Part shown: positions 44,776 to 59,100 of the stretch, piece by piece
Layout of the letters: each line of letters begins with the position of its first letter
Position numbering within the stretch: the stretch's first letter is position 1
Assembly (NCBI GenBank): GCA_964016885.1
Contig: OZ024743.1
Span: 228,346,001-228,410,000, forward strand
DNA from: Eledone cirrhosa
Taxonomy: Eukaryota
Reading direction: 5' to 3'
Length of the DNA stretch: 64,000 nt
Position numbers and translations under genes: made by a program
Notes under the pieces: generated by a model
Told to the model about the DNA's origin: nothing
The model's input: only the letters and a program-made list of their open reading frames with translations
Databases searched by the model: none

Positions 44776-44849
44776 AAATCACTGAATAATTGCTCCGAAG
44801 ACTCCAAACCTCGGTTTGGAAGAAACAATTGTAAGCAGATAAATGATTT
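44776..44849 (+). ncRNA. Duplicate of the 41.65 kb hammerhead-like motif
   Basis: Identical sequence in the second duplication unit. Confidence 0.6.
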
Positions 44850-44906
44850 AAACAGAACTTTGTTTAATGTAATCTCTCTCTCTCTATATATATAGATATG
44901 CATATA

Positions 44907-46046
44907 TCATCATCATCATCATCAGGTTTAGCGTCCGTGTTCCACGCTTGCATGGGTTTGGACGGGGGATTTCCCACTTGAGGCAAGAGTGGTTGTCTTG
45001 CTCGCATAGGACTGTCTGGCGGGTTTTCTACAGTTGGATGCCCTTCCTAACACCAACCACATTTACAGTGTGGGGCTGGGAGGTTTTTACCGTGTTGCCT
45101 ACACGGCCACATTACAGCGTGGACTGTCTGGCGGGTTTTCTACAGCTGGATGCCCTTCCTAACACCAACCACATTTACAGTGTGGGGCTGGGAGGTTTTT
45201 ACCGTGTTGCCTACACGGCCACATTTACAGCGTGGACTGTGTGTTTTTTGTCGTGACACCTACACGATCTCATTTGTTTCGGCCTGGATGTTGTGGGACC
45301 AACATAACTTTACATTGAAAGGGGCGGTGTGGGTGGGGTGGAGGTGGTGGGACGGGGTGTGTTTTGATAGAGGTGCCTACTGACTGTAGTAGGTTTTTTA
45401 CTTTGTATTTAGGTAAGGCGGGTCTTCTCTATTACTGAGTACCGCCAAAGGTCTCGGTCCAGTGACATTGTCTTGGAGAGGTGTAAGCGTGTGAGGTCGG
45501 AATTTATCAGCTCGTCCCATGTTTTTCTGGGTCTGCCTACTCCGTGGCTACCGTCTATCTTTATTGCCCTGCACTTTGTTATACAGCTGTCGTCTTTCAT
45601 GCGCATCACGTGACCGTACCAACGTAGCCTTCTCTCGAGTAAACAACATCTGATCCCTCTTATTTCTAATTTTTTCCTTAGTTCGTTTATGCTTTGCCGT
45701 TCACGTATATTACTATTGCACATCCAGCGGAGCATGCAAGCTTCGTTCCTCTCTAGTCTGCGTATATCCTCTGCACACAATGCCCAGGTCTCACTGCCAT
45801 GCAGCATTGCTGTTCGTATGCAGGCATCGTATAACCTGCCTTTCATTTTTAGGGAGAACCCTCTAGCGGCTAATAGTGGTATAAGCTCTCTGAACTTTTT
45901 CCATCCAGTTCTGACTCTAGCTACTGTACTTTCAGAGCACCCTCCCCCACTGCTGATTTTGTCACCCAGATAACGGAAGCTGTCCACTATTTCTATTTCT
46001 ATAGAACCCTCTGCGCAGTTGAAGGAGCTAGTATTTTGTGGGCACT
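44907..46046 (-). mobile_element. RTE-A 3' fragment (copy 3)
   Basis: KCPQNTSS..EKTRLT* plus full 3' UTR and tail. Confidence 0.92.
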
Positions 46047-46069
46047 TATATATATATATATATATACAT

Positions 46070-46662
46070 ATGGTGGCTGCCAACTCGTTTTCGAGTATGG
46101 CCACTACTTTATATCCATGTAGGAGAACCCCTACCAATGCGCTGAATGAGTGTGACTTTTTAGTCCAGCCAGCGACTTGAAAACTCTGGTACAAACACTA
46201 CACTCGTGACAATTATTGACACATAGTACTGGGCCCATGGTACCATGTGACGGCAAGTGCAGAGAGATCTCCAGATATAAAGCAATGCCTGTGCCGTTGA
46301 AGCTTTTATAGTGAGCAAAGGCACTGCACAAAGCCAGTCCCACTCTCTTAACCAAGATGATATTTACCAAAAAGAAGAACAAGTCAACATCATTGGATAC
46401 CATCAGGGTTTCAGGTGTTATATCAGAGTTTTCCTTCTCCTAGAATTCTGCCTTGACAAAAGCTAAGGGGTCATCTCTCCCAGTGATTTTGGATGGCCAT
46501 TGACTCTTAAGAGCTCCTTTGCCCTTTGACAGGTTTTGTTTTTAGTCCTGCAGGATGTCCAAAGTCACCCTCCTTACCAAGTAATCTTGGTGGGGTTGCC
46601 AGCTTAGTCGCCAACGACACGACCATGAGACAGGTTGTACTGGGATACATGTTACCAGTAGG

Positions 46663-46665
<3 letters not shown>
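46070..46665 (-). mobile_element. Short bipartite RTE-derived non-autonomous element
   Basis: The 5' part contains CTAGGAGAAGGAAAACTCTGA, which I recall as an RTE 5'-UTR motif. The 3' part encodes a C2H2 finger CSVCTRVFKSLAGLKSHTHSAH and ends in the hairpin GCCA-T-ACTCG-AAAA-CGAGT-TGGC. (TA)n on both sides. Confidence 0.65.
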
Positions 46666-46727
<62 letters not shown>

Positions 46728-46740
46728 AATACATATATAT

Positions 46741-46786
<46 letters not shown>

Positions 46787-46796
46787 CATATATATA

Positions 46797-46859
<63 letters not shown>

Positions 46860-46904
46860 CATGGACATATATATATATATATATATACATATATATACAT
46901 TCAT

Positions 46905-47551
46905 ATCATCTTCATCACCGTTTTACGTCCGTTCTTCCACACTAGCATGGGTTAGACGGTTGTCCTGTTGTGTGCAGTGTCTGGTCGGCTGACCATGCCT
47001 TGCTCATACAGGAACTGATTTGGCTTGATTTCTACAGCTGGATGCCCTTCCTAACACCAACCTCATTTACAGTGAGTGGTGCTTTTTCGTGGCGCCTACA
47101 CGTCCACTTTACAGTGTGGGCTGGGTGCTTTTTTGCCATGGCACCTCCACGACCAGCTTGCAGTGGGGGGTGTGGGGTGCATATTGTCTATATGCTTCAG
47201 CTTGTACCCATGGGAGGTCGGGGTACTCTGTATTACTGCGTGACGCCAGAGGTCACAGTCATGTGTCATCGCCTTTTGAGAGGTGTAATTGGGTAAGGTC
47301 GACTTTTATCACCTCATTCCAGGTCATCTTGGGTCTCGCCACTCCGCGGTTTCCATCAACTTCTAGTGCTCTGCACCTTTTTATGCAGCCGTCATCCTTC
47401 ATACACATCACATGTCCATACCAGCGCAACCGCTTCTCCTGCACACAGCATTTGATTCCTCATATGCGTACTCTCTCTCTCAATTCATTTATGCTTGGTC
47501 GTTCGCGTATATTACTATTACACATCCATCGGAGCATGTAGGCTGCGTTTC
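46905..47551 (-). mobile_element. RTE-B 3' fragment
   Basis: [17 protein letters not shown]..; 3' UTR nearly identical to 24086-24390. Both ends abut (TA)n. Confidence 0.9.
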
Positions 47552-48385
<834 letters not shown>

Positions 48386-48601
48386 ATCATCATCATCATC
48401 ATTTATCATCATCGTTTGCATGGGTTTGGATGGGAGTTTTCCCACTTGAGGCAAGAGTGGTTGTCTTGCTCGCATAGGACTGTCTGGCGGGTTTTCTACG
48501 TATATATGTATATATATATATATAATATATATATGTATATATGTATATATATATATGTATATATGTATATATGTATTTATATATGTATATATATATATAT
48601 G

Positions 48602-48655
<54 letters not shown>

Positions 48656-48799
48656 ATATATATATGTATATATATATACATATATACGTAGAAAACCCGC
48701 CAGACAGTCCTATGCGAGCAAGACAACCACTCTTGCCTCAAGTGGGAAAACTCCCATCCAAACACATGCAAACGATGTTGATGAATGATGATGATGATA
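48386..48799. repeat. Inverted pair of RTE-A 3' stubs around a (TA)n spacer
   Basis: 48386-48503 is the near-perfect reverse complement of 48684-48799. Confidence 0.9.
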
Positions 48800-48939
48800 T
48801 ATGTATATACCACATATATATATATATGTATATATATATATAGGAACAAGTAAGACCCCGACGGCGGAGCTCAAGACGTTTCGACGGCTAATTCTGCTAA
48901 TATACGATATATTAACAAATGGAAACTATATTTATAAAA

Positions 48940-49019
48940 CCATATTTATTTCATTATACATATTTCAAGGACACCAAGTTAAATTATGGTGTGCTTTCAT
49001 GAGATAAAATATAATATAG
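48940..49019 (-). ncRNA. Mirror copy of the hammerhead with a core mutation (CUCAUGA)
   Basis: Reverse-complement arm of the palindrome. It lacks the extra A but carries G5>C. Confidence 0.5.
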
Positions 49020-49140
49020 ATCAATTTTATAAATAAATATTGACATACCCTTAAAGAATGCAACCATTACTATCCGGGAGCTTCCAACAGTAATGGTTGC
49101 ATTCTTTAAATGTATGTCAATATTTGTTTATAAAACTGAT

Positions 49141-49221
49141 CTATATTATATTTTATCTGATGAAAAGCACACCATAATTTAACTTGGTGTCCTTGAAATA
49201 TGTATAATGAAATAAATATGG
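49141..49221 (+). ncRNA. Putative type I (minimal, Penelope-type) hammerhead ribozyme
   Basis: CUGAUGA at 49157-63, stem II AAG-C-ACACCA/UGGUGU-C-CUU, GAAA at 49195-98, short stem III AUA-UG-UAU, H17=A49206, 15 bp stem I with one bulge. One extra A follows the core. Confidence 0.65.
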
Positions 49222-49338
49222 TTTTACAAATATAGTTTCCATTTGTTAATATATCGTATTTTTACTCCAATAATTTGTTGAGTGCTTTATATCAGTTGTA
49301 AAAATATTTGCTTGTAGTATCCCAACAATTTAAATAGA

Positions 49339-49402
<64 letters not shown>

Positions 49403-49560
49403 TATATATATATAATATATGCATATATATATAGCATATATATATATATGCATATATATATATATATGCATATATATATATATATATGCATATATATATA
49501 TATATGCATATATATATATATGCATTATATATATGTATATATATGCATATAATATATATA

Positions 49561-49596
<36 letters not shown>

Positions 49597-49991
49597 TATA
49601 TATATATACATATATATATATACTTATATATATAAGCATATATATATATACATATATATATATACACATATATATATATACACATATATATCTACTTATA
49701 CATATATATATATATTATATATATATATATTATGCATATCTACATATACATATATATATATATCTATATATATATATACATATATATATCTACATATACA
49801 TATATATACATATATATATATACATATATACATATACATAAATATATATATACATATATATATATATATACATATATATATACATATATATATACATATA
49901 TATATACATATATATATATACATATATACATATACATAAATATATATATATATCATATATACATATATATATACATAATATATATACATAT

Positions 49992-50061
<70 letters not shown>

Positions 50062-50071
50062 CTACATATAT

Positions 50072-50558
<487 letters not shown>

Positions 50559-51499
50559 GTGTGTCTATATATATATATGCATATGTGTGTGTGTATGTAT
50601 ATATCTCTATATATATATACATATATATATATGTAGACATATATACATATACATGCACATCATACACATATATATACATACACTCATACACATAATTTAT
50701 GTAAGAACCTTTGTAAAGTTATGCTTAATGTGTGTGTGTGTGTGTGTGTGTGTCGCGTGTGTGAGAGAAGAAAAGAGAATAGAAATGTTCAAAGACAAAT
50801 AAGATGAAGAAAAACGTCAGCTGGACTCCAAGGTGGACTTGACTAGTTATAACACATAGACTTGTATGTGTATGTAGCTGCATTAGACCAGAGGACAATA
50901 TTTTTGTTTAGCCACACACCATCACCATTGACTGCAATTGGAATCTAGAAGTTTCATAATGAGGTGGGGGTGAACATCCAACACCCTCCCCCCCCACACA
51001 CACACACGCATGCGCTGATACACAGTCATATTCACATACATACAGAAACACATACACAGAAACTTACAAATCACACACAGACCTACACAGATACACTGAC
51101 TCACATGTAGACTCACTCACTGGCAGTCACACACACATACTTAGGACACCCACTTGCAGAAACTAACAGACATACACACACACACACACTCACAGAGACA
51201 GACAGTCACAGTCTCAGACTATCACATACATATTCATAAATACATATATATATATATATATATACATACACACACCAACTTACACACATATACATATGTA
51301 CATAAATACATACATACACACCCATAGAGTTATGCAACCAGACATAGACATCAACACAGAGACATATGTAGACACATACACACACACATGTAGACACACA
51401 TATGTAAACACACACACATGTGTAGGCACATTTACACATATGTAGACACACACACATACGTAGACACATACACACACATACAACATTCGCTTGCTTTGC

Positions 51500-51803
51500 A
51501 AAAACAAGTGAAGACTTCCAAGAATGTTGCAATAAAAGAATGGAATGGATGGAAGTCCATTTGGAAATGAGGCACTTCAAAAAGAGACGCCAGAGTAGCC
51601 CTGCTGTGGCACCTTACTGGAAGGCTATTTAATGCTGGACATGCCAACTCACTGGCTGACCATAAAATGGATGGAATAAAGCAAAACAGTTAGTGACCAT
51701 CTCTGGTAGCTTCTGGTCAGCCGGTGTCCAGCTAAGTTTGGCAGCATCTTTCCTTGGTGGAGATTTCTAATGGTGCCAACGACAGACATAATGGCTCGAT
51801 GGA
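51500..51803 (+). mobile_element. Possible highly decayed RTE 3' end
   Basis: Non-repetitive island with ARVALLWHLTGR, resembling the RTE ALxWxPxG motif, ending at (TA)n. Confidence 0.35.
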
Positions 51804-52320
51804 TATATATAAAGGCTTGATTGATATGCGCACGTGTGTGTATGTGTGTGAGTCTGTGCATGCCTGTGTGTGGTTGTACATCTGTATGTCTGTGTATATG
51901 TGTTTGTGCATGCATGTATATGTGAGATTGTGTATGCATATATATATATATATATGATATATATATATGTGTGTGTGTATGGATGTATATCTGTTGGTAA
52001 GTTAATGTATTGAGTGTGAATGAATTTAATGAGTATTATTGGTTGTATTATAGAGTATGAGTAGATGTGTTATTGTGGATGTATTACTAAGTATAAATTG
52101 GTTTATTATTGATTAGAATTTGATATATTACTGAGTGGTAGTGACGGTGCCACAATAAAATGCACCCAGTACACTCTGTAAAGTACTTGGTATTAGGAAG
52201 GGCATCCGGCTTTAGAAACCATGCTGAAATGGAACATATAAGCATGATGTAGTCAGAACAAGGTTTATTCCATACTTATATGTATGTCAAAGCGTGTGCA
52301 TGTTTTATTATCATTATCAT

Positions 52321-53228
52321 GCCAGCATAGTTACGTCCCTTTACGATCTGAGTTCAAATCCCGCCGAGGTTGACTTTGCCTTTCATCCTTACGGGGTCGA
52401 TAAAAAAATAAAGTACCAGTAATGCACTGGGTAATTGCTGGCCTTGTGCCAAAAGTAGAAACAATTATCATGAGTTGGATTGGCTGTATCGGTAGAGTCG
52501 GACACCATGCTTTGACGCATAGAGTTACGGCCCTTTCCATTCTGAGTTCAAATCCCGCCGTGGTTAACTTTGCCTTTCATCCTTACGGTGTCGATAAAAT
52601 AAAGTACCAGTAATGCACTGGGTATTTGCTGGCCTTGTGCCAAAAAGTAGAAACAATTATCATGAGTTCAAATCCCACCAAGTTAGCGTTGCTTTTCATC
52701 CTTACAGGGTCGATAAAATAAAGTACTAGTCATGCACTAGGGTTAATCTAATTGACTTTCCCCTCCACCATATTTCTGGCTTTGTGCCTATAGTAGAAAT
52801 CATTGGCAGTATCGGTAGAGAGTCGGACACCATGCTTTGCAGCATAGAGTTACAGTCCTTTACGGTCTGAGTTCAAATCCCGCCAAGGTTAACTTTGCCT
52901 TTCATCCTTACAGGATCGATAAAATAAAGCACCAGTAACATACTGAGGTCAATTTAATTGACTTTCCCCTCCCCCCAAATTACTGGCCTTGTGCCTATAC
53001 TAGAAATCATTATTATTATTGTTATTTGGTAGAGCATCAGTCAACGTGTTTTATGGCATGCAGTTATGGCCCTTTATATTCTGAGTTGAAATCCTGCCAA
53101 GTTTAGATTTGCCTTTCATTCTTATGTTATCGATAAAATAAAGTACCAGTAACACATTGGGCTTAATTTAATTGACCTTCACTTCTCGCCAAAACTATTG
53201 GCCTTGTGCCTAAATCACAAACCATTAT
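52321..53228 (+). mobile_element. Tandem array of five Meta/MESC-like SINE copies
   Basis: The core GCCTTTCATCCTTA.GG.TCGATAAAATAAAGTACCAG recurs at ~52377, 52571, 52691, 52896 and 53110. Confidence 0.9.
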
Positions 53229-53654
53229 TGTTTTGCTGTTATTTCTTTGACAGCTTCATGCAAACATCTACCTGGTATACCTCCATATTAAAGATAGATG
53301 TGTCTGTGGAATACCCATCCAATTAAACATTATGATCAGTTGATTGAACAACTGAATGTTCAACATCGAAACTGACGGAGAGTCCAGCTTGTGTATATAT
53401 TAATATGTGTGTGTGTATGTGTGTAAATAAGATTTTCTGTATGTGCGTGAGTGTATGTTTGCATGTATATATGTGATTGTTTGAGTTAATGTTTGCATGC
53501 ATATGACTACATTCATAGGTAGGCATGCATGTATACATATGTATATATGTATGTGTGTACAAATGGGACTATATGCATCAATGTTAATGCTTGCATGTGT
53601 AAAAGTGATTGTCTGACTATGTGCTTGCATGCATATATGACTGCACTTCATAGA

Positions 53655-53695
<41 letters not shown>

Positions 53696-54904
53696 ATATA
53701 TACTTATATATATATATAGTGTGTGTGTGTATGCGTTTGTATATACAAGTGAAATTATATGTCTCTATAGATGTTTGCATGTGTGAATAAGTATGAAGTG
53801 CGTATTTGAGTGAATGAATGAATATTTGCATGATTATGTGTGTATGTAAATGAGTATGTGAGAGCATATGTAACTAGCAACCATTAATTCTTCCAATTAA
53901 GTAACAAGAACTTGAAGAAGGCGGAAGTGGACAGTGCCACAGACTACTCTGGCATTGTTAAAACCACCCCCTCTACACCCACTGCCATTATCACCATGAC
54001 CACCACTACAATTACCATCAACATCACCACCACCACCACCACTACCATTACTTGCCCACCACCACACCACCCTTAACTAGCACTACTGCCATTATCAGCA
54101 GCAATACCACAACCATCACCACCCCTGCCATAACCACTACCACTGCTATTACCACAGCCAATGTCTCCCACACCAACATCACTGCCATAAGCACACCACA
54201 GACCATCATCATAATCAACCAAACCCCACCACCTGTCACTATTATCATTATAACCCACCTCAACTACAATCAACACAGCCTCCATCACAAACACCACCAT
54301 CAGTATCTCCACTATCATTTGTCAACTTTACTATAAGCACCATCACACCTACCCCCTCGCCATTGACTCCAATCACCAAATCCAGTACCAATGCCATTAT
54401 CAACACCACTGTTACAACAACCATCACCCCAACAACTACGCCCATCAACACAAAAATCCCTACCATCACAACCTCCAGCAATTAGAACACTATAACAGAA
54501 CACCACCAAATAACAAAGTTGGTTGCTATGTGGTCACTCACGATGCTAGAAATAGCAGTTCAACCCTTCCATTACTGTATTTTAAATGAAACACATTGCC
54601 TATGATTTTCAATTAATTTTTGAAATAAGCAGTAACTTGGATGTATTCAATAATATACATTCTCATTATTAAGTTCATGTTTGGAACATAAAGATTTTTA
54701 CATATGATGGAAGATTTTTAAATGAATGTAAACACATTAAAATAAACAGTTTCGATTGTAAAATCAGAGGCAGTTTCAGTGATTTGCTATTAAAAGGGTT
54801 AAACACCAACCTGCTTCTGTAAAAGTTTTTCAAATTTCAATCCAATCTTTAGAGTGGTTTTTCTACTACTTTAATCATAAGGTTCATTTTATCTAAAGCT
54901 CTTC

Positions 54905-55895
54905 TAAAATGATACACTAGTTCACCTCTAGGGGTAGCATTGATGAACATGACACTCTGGCCTTCCCTATCTTTTTCTTAGTCCTTTCTATGTATCTGTA
55001 TAGTAGGCAAATCCCATTCATATAATTCCTCATAATAGTTTTGAATTTAGCCATGGCTCCTTTGTAAACCCTGATCATGTCTCTTTGGTGATAACCAGAG
55101 AACTGCATGTGGTGGATAAAGTGTTGCATGCATCTCTTTAACTCAGTTGGATCACACATGCAGGACACATTTCTCATCACCCTTACCAGGACCGCTATCA
55201 AGATATTGAACTGAGCACTATTTGAGATAGTAGAATTCTGGTGGATCAGATATTTGGAGGCCATGGGTTTGGTATAATGTGAATGGAGGATTTGGGCTTT
55301 ATTATCCTAGCTTCTATCCAGAGTTCTGTGACTAACATCGGTAATCTATGGTCGGGGTGCTTAGTAGGGTAGTCTACTTGTAACTTAATGCTCTGGTGGA
55401 TGGAGTTAGCTATTTGCTGGAAGCTCTCCATGGTGTTAGCTTCCAGTTCTCATTCATGGGTACTCTCTTGTGGGGTACTTTCAATTACTATATTAATATC
55501 ATCAACATAGCGAGAGTAGATGTCTATGGAGTTTTCAGCTAAGCATTCTTTGAGTCTCCTGTCCCACTACACCATAAACAGTTAGGCCATATTGTCAGTG
55601 ACGCTAACACCTACTCCTTCCTCTTGGGCACGTTTTATTATTGAACTTAAAAACATGGCCCTATAAGGTAGTTTTAATATTTGATCCCACTGCATGTGCG
55701 ATAATTCTTCTCACCTGGTTGTGGTTTTCAGGGGTCTGTATGGCTCTGGTCCACCGACTCCATCTTTCTATGGGGGTCTTTTTGACCATTGAGGTGATCT
55801 TTCATTCCATAGAAAATATTGGCAACATGACCATCCCCAAGTAGAACAATATCGGTTTCAATACCCAATTTCACATCAAGAATTTTGCAGTATAA
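54905..55895 (-). mobile_element. Decayed Penelope-like element reverse transcriptase
   Basis: LFMVVWDRRL..IYSRYVDDIN (~55495-55580), IANSIHQSIKLQVDYP..LPML, MASKYLIH.NS..RVMRN..SGY, with stops and frameshifts. Confidence 0.8.
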
Positions 55896-55900
55896 ATATG

Positions 55901-56160
55901 TATCATCATCATCATCATCATTATCATCCCTATCCATGTTTCACTGTTGTGAGAAATGCCAGTACCAGTGACCATGTCATGCTCATATAGAACTGATTTG
56001 GGCTTGGTTTCTACAGCTAGATGCCCTGCCTAATGCCAACCAAATTTACAGTGAGTACTGGGTGCTTTTTTAATGTGGCGCTTACACGACCACTTTACAG
56101 TGTGGACTGGGGGCTTTTTTGTCATGACACCTACACAACCACTTTACAGTGTGGGCTGGA
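55901..56160 (-). mobile_element. Older RTE-UTR-related 3' fragment (decayed relatives at ~5120-5340, 5575-5735, 9833-10060, 21115-21340, 28515-28900, 30490-30860, 52140-52230, 59960-60125)
   Basis: TTTCTACAGCT.GATGCCCT.CCTAA..CCAACC module, ~43 bp CACTTTACAGTGTGG repeats and a (CAT)n end. Confidence 0.7.
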
Positions 56161-56161
56161 G

Positions 56162-56192
<31 letters not shown>

Positions 56193-56197
56193 CATAC

Positions 56198-59100
56198 CTG
56201 GTTGCCTTTCGATATGATGGATGGACTACGGAATTCTGGAGAGTTGAAAAGAAAAATCTGGACGCTCAGTAACAATGCCAAAGATAAAGACAAATTCACC
56301 TCATGGACGAGAATGCAAGGACTCCTCCTCTTTGTTTCGGCCGCGGATGGCTAACATAACCCCTATCTCCCCCAACCCAGGCGCCACACCGCTCCCACCC
56401 TCCAAACGCAATCCAAAACTTCAGAGTTGGTACCATGAATGTAGGCACCTTAAAGGGTCACTCTAACGAAGTTGTAGAAATGCTTGAACGTAAGGAGGTC
56501 GATGTTTGTTGTATTCAAGAGACCAGGTGGAGGGGCTGGTCTGCTAGATTCATCGTGGGTAAAGAACGATGCTATAAGCTTTTCTGGGTGGGAAATGACA
56601 ATGGGCTGGGTGGAGTAGGAATCATGGTAGCAGAAAAGTGGGCAGATAAGATAATAGAAGTAAATAGAGTGAACGACAGAATAATTAAAATAAGACTTGT
56701 CCTCAATAGAACTACGGTGACTGTAATATCTGCGTACGCACCCCAATCCGGACTGCCCGGCACTATAAAAGACAGATTCTATGAGACACTGATGCTCGCT
56801 ACCTCCCAAATAACCGACAGTGACTATATAATTATTGCAGGCGACCTAAATGGTCACGTTGGACAACATTGTGATGGCTATGACGGAATCCATGGAGGCT
56901 ATGGGTTTGGTACTAGAAATGAAGAAGGCTCCGGAATCCTGGAATTCTGTGACGCAAATAACCTAACTATCTGTAACACTAACTTCAAAAAACGAGACAA
57001 TCACTTGATCACCTATAGATCGGGGGAACGCAAAAGCCAGGTAGATTATATCCTTACCAGGAGACGTGACAGAGTGTCTGTTGTAAACACTAAATCCCTC
57101 CCCCATGAAGAATGCACGTCTCAACATAGACTCATAATTAGCGACCTCATAGTCAGGACGAGACGTATTCGACAACAGAAGAGGACTATCCTCAGGAGAA
57201 AAATATGGAAATTAAAGAACGCCACAGCCAGTCATAAATTTAAAAGCATATTACTTGATGCTTTTGACAGTAAGGAAGAGCAATTAGAGTCGTACAATGT
57301 AGAGGAACAGTGGGAATTCCTGAAAGCTAACCTGCTGAAGGCGACAGATGAAACCTGGGGCTGGAGCAGGCCTATAGGCAGGAGGAGAGTAACATCGTGG
57401 TGGAACAGTAAGGTGGAGAGGTCAATCAAGGCCAAAAAGCAGGCTTGGAAAGCATGGCGGGATGGGGGATGTAGAGAAGATTATCAAGTGGCCAGGAGGG
57501 AAGCTAGGAGACAAGTGTACTTCGCAAGAAGGGAAGCAGAGGAAAGAAAGTTCAAGCATGTTCTACAACGCGAAGACCAAAAACGTGAGGTGTTCAGGAT
57601 TGCTAGGCAATGTGTCAAGGAAAACAGTGATATTGTCGGGGAGAAGTGTGTCCTAAATGATGATGGTGTACTTGTCATCACTGACGCTGATAAGAAGGTA
57701 GCTTGGAAGTGTCACTACGAAAGGCTACTAAATGAGGAGAATAATTGGGAGAAAGACAGTCTCCCCCACATCGACCCAATAGAGGGACCAGCAGTGCAAG
57801 TTAAAGGTAGTATAATAAGTAAGGCGATCAAAGACATGAAGACAGGCAAGGCGGTCGGGCCTTCGGAAATAGTTGCCGAAATGCTGAAAGCATCTGGAAC
57901 GGTGGGACACACTATGGTCACCCGGATAGTAAACCAAGTCATACAGTATGGGGTCGTTCCGAAGGACTGGCGCAGCAGCATCATCATTAACTGCTACAAG
58001 GGTAAAGGTGATGCCCTAGATAGGGGAAACTATAGAGGCATTAAATTAATTGACCAGGTCATGAAGGTCACAGAAAAAGTAATAGCACAACTAATCAGAG
58101 AGCGAATTGATCTAGACGAAATGCAGTTCGGGTTTGTGTCAGGTAAAAGTACAACAGACGCTCTTTTCATTGTACGACAACTACAGGAGAAGTACTTAGC
58201 TAAAAGTAAACCCCTATACTTAGCTTTTGTTAACTTGGAGAAAGCCTTTGACAGAGTACCCCGCTCGATTATCTGGTAGGCCCTTAGAAAACTAGGTGTT
58301 GATGAATGGCTTGTGAGAGCTATACAAGCCATGTATAAAGAAACAGTCAGCAAGGTTAGAATTAACAACGAATATAGTGAAGAGTTTAGCATAAAAGTTG
58401 GTGTTCATCAGGGCTCCGTCCTTAGCCCCCTACTATTTATTATTGCCCTTCAGGCTATAACAGAGGAGTTCAAGACCGGCTGCCCAAGGGAACTCCTATA
58501 TGCAGATGATCTAACGCTCATAGCTGAATCAATGGCTGAACTAGAGAAGAAATTCCAAACATGGAAGCATGGCTTAGAATCAAAAGGCCTTAAAGTTAAC
58601 TTGTCTAAGACTAAAGTTCTAGTTTGTAGGAAGGAAAATAGGGCACCGCTCCCATCTGGGAAATGGCAATGCTCAATGCGTAGGAAAGGAGTAGGTAGAA
58701 ACTCCATTTTATGTCCCAAATGCAAAGTATGGGTGCATAAAAGATGTAGTGGGATCACAGGTAAGCTAACTAAGAATATAGATTTTACATGTGGCCGGTG
58801 CTCTGGTGCAATAAGTAGCAGCAAGTGCCCACAGAATACTAACTCATTCCATTGCACAGATGGTTCTATAGAAATAGTGGAGAGCTTCCGTTACCTGGGT
58901 GATAAAATCAGCAGTGGGGGAGGGTGCTCTGAAAGTACAGTAGCTAGAGTCAGAACGGGATGGAAAAAGTTCAGAGAGCTTATACCACTATTGGCCGCTA
59001 AAGGGTTCTCTCTAAAAATGAAAGGCAGGCTGTATGATGCCTGCATACGAATAGCAATGTTACATGGCAGTGAGACCTGGGCATTGTGTGCAGAGGATAT

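Larger units (their letters stand above)
48902..49259. repeat. ~360 bp near-perfect palindrome, probably Penelope-like LTR derived
   Basis: Arms 48902-49071 and 49089-49259 are reverse complements with about 7 differences by eye, separated by a 17 nt centre. Confidence 0.92.
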
